This document shows, piece by piece, positions 63,135 to 64,000 of a stretch of DNA of 64,000 nt. Position numbers and translations under genes: made by a program. Origin of the DNA: Octopus sinensis. Lineage: Eukaryota. Each line of letters opens with the position of its first letter. Position 1 is the stretch's first letter. Location: assembly GCF_006345805.1 (NCBI RefSeq), contig NC_042997.1, forward strand, positions 9,300,001 through 9,364,000. The letters run 5' to 3'. Below the pieces are notes generated by a model that was not told the DNA's origin, searched no databases, and saw only the letters and a list, made by a program, of their open reading frames with translations.

Positions 63135-64000
63135 ATGCCGGAAGTTCCTATTCTTTTCATCCCTGGTGTTGCTTCCCTTGAAGACTGCAAATGCTCTTTC
63201 ACCATCCCTACCCCTAGTTTCGACCTAGGTAAGGTAATGATCATACAGTGCAAAATATGAATGGGTAGTGTTATGCAGGTTGAATTGAAGGCTACTGTAT
63301 TACTTGCTCATGAATTCTGCCAAATGCGAGCTTTCTTTTCAGGTACATGAAGCTACTGTCCACCGACGCAGGGTCTCTAGGGCCCATACCTCCCACACCT
63401 CAGGGTTGGCACTCTCAATGTTGGCACACTGAAAGGTAGGTCTGGCGAGATAGTTGAGATGCTTGAACGGAGACGTGTGGATATGTTGTATGCAAGAAGT
63501 AAGGTGGAGAGGAGGTTCTGCTAGGTTCCTCACAGGCAAGGAACACAGGTACAAGATTTTCTGGGCAGGGAACACTGACGGGGTTGGAGGCGTGGGTATA
63601 CTTATCGCTGAGAAATGGGTAGATAAAGTAATTGAGGTAATCAGAGTATGCGACAGAATACTTAGATTAGATTAGCGCTTCATCATAGTTTAGCAACCAT
63701 TATATCAGCCTATGCTCCTCAGTCGGGGCTACCTGATGGACAGAAAGACCGATTCTATGACACTCTACTGCAGACTACCTCGTTGACGAACGACAGAGAC
63801 CTTCTCTTTGTGGCTGGTGACTTCAATGGTCACGTTGGACGACATGCTGGGGGCTTCCACGGCGTACATGGAGGCTATGGCTCTGGTTCCCGCAACGAGG
63901 AGGGAACCAGGCTGCTGGAGTTCGCGATGCAAATAATCTTATGATTTGCAGCACTAACTTCAGGAAACCTACCAGCCACCTAGTCACCTACCGATCGGGC
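63135..64000 (+). mobile_element. RTE-clade LINE ORF start (APE endonuclease), continues past the window
   Basis: LRVGTLNVGTLKG..CCMQEVRW..GVGI..ISAYAPQ..AGDFNGHVG..RNEEG.RLLEF; only 1-2-nt deletions disrupt it. Confidence 0.92.
63234..63342 (+). other. Putative 109-nt GT-AG spliceosomal intron within the RTE element
   Basis: AAG|GTAATG..CTTTCTTTTCAG|GTA; joins ATG-63135 exon (33 codons) to the frame leading into the APE domain. Confidence 0.6.

Overview
AT-rich, microsatellite-dense eukaryotic DNA. The repeat landscape (tRNA-derived SINEs with CORE-like, Nin/Deu-like and V-like domains, (GAT)n-tailed RTE LINE ends, decayed mariner/DD37D, Buster-type hAT, Helitron) points to an octopus genome; this is an inference from repeat content. 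Most of the window is nested transposon debris, probably inside long introns of an unidentified + strand gene for which only low-confidence candidate exons can be proposed. Most ORF-track entries are microsatellite or TE artefacts. Three signals stand out. (1) At the right edge, a young RTE LINE has a 5' array of ~172-bp tandem monomers and an apparent GT-AG spliceosomal intron just upstream of its APE endonuclease domain. (2) Several minimal type I hammerhead ribozymes with palindromic stem III (Penelope-like type) are present, including a tandem pair whose predicted cleavage sites are 295 nt apart. (3) A cluster of local inverted duplications sits around Penelope-like remnants at 53.2-55.0 kb. 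All structures were read by eye; no searches or folding computations were run.
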